Assembly: GCF_009914755.1 (NCBI RefSeq) | Contig: NC_060934.1 | From: the human T2T-CHM13v2.0 reference genome, Homo sapiens | Length of the DNA stretch: 64,000 nucleotides | Strand: one strand, 5' to 3' | Shown: positions 63,997-64,000 of the stretch, in pieces | Layout: each line of letters begins with the position of its first letter | How positions within the stretch are numbered: the first letter of the stretch is position 1 | Translations under genes and position numbers: made by a program | The notes under the pieces: model-generated | Database searches by the model: none | Told to the model about the DNA's origin: nothing | What the model saw: the letters and a program-made list of their open reading frames with translations, nothing else

Positions 63997-64000
63997 ACCC

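Overview
Human (primate) genomic DNA that I recognise as the TAF3-GATA3 locus (chr10p14). Bases 1-~19.7 kb are the 3' end of TAF3 (+ strand): a long intron, three coding exons (Pro/Ala-rich linker plus the C-terminal PHD finger), and a 3' UTR with several AATAAA signals. Bases ~19.7-36.3 kb are Alu-dense intergenic DNA. Bases ~36.3-64 kb are an Alu-free, CpG-island-rich regulatory domain. It holds a candidate distal first exon of GATA3 (1a), the antisense lncRNA GATA3-AS1, the main GATA3 promoter/exon 1b and coding exons 2-3; the zinc-finger exons lie beyond the window. I found no prokaryote-type system (CRISPR, operon, phage) and no credible novel protein gene. The most notable non-genic observations are: (i) a well-preserved copy of the ancient LF-SINE retroposon just past the TAF3 3' UTR, a candidate exapted enhancer; (ii) a local 184-bp dispersed duplication with an internal 82-bp tandem repeat, bracketing a 160-nt purine mirror repeat; (iii) GATA/FOX motif clusters that could be GATA3 autoregulatory enhancers; (iv) head-to-head RBPJ sites near exon 1a; (v) an exon-1b-specific 4-codon uORF followed by an A-tract. 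Repeat boundaries are approximate and subfamily calls were made by eye.
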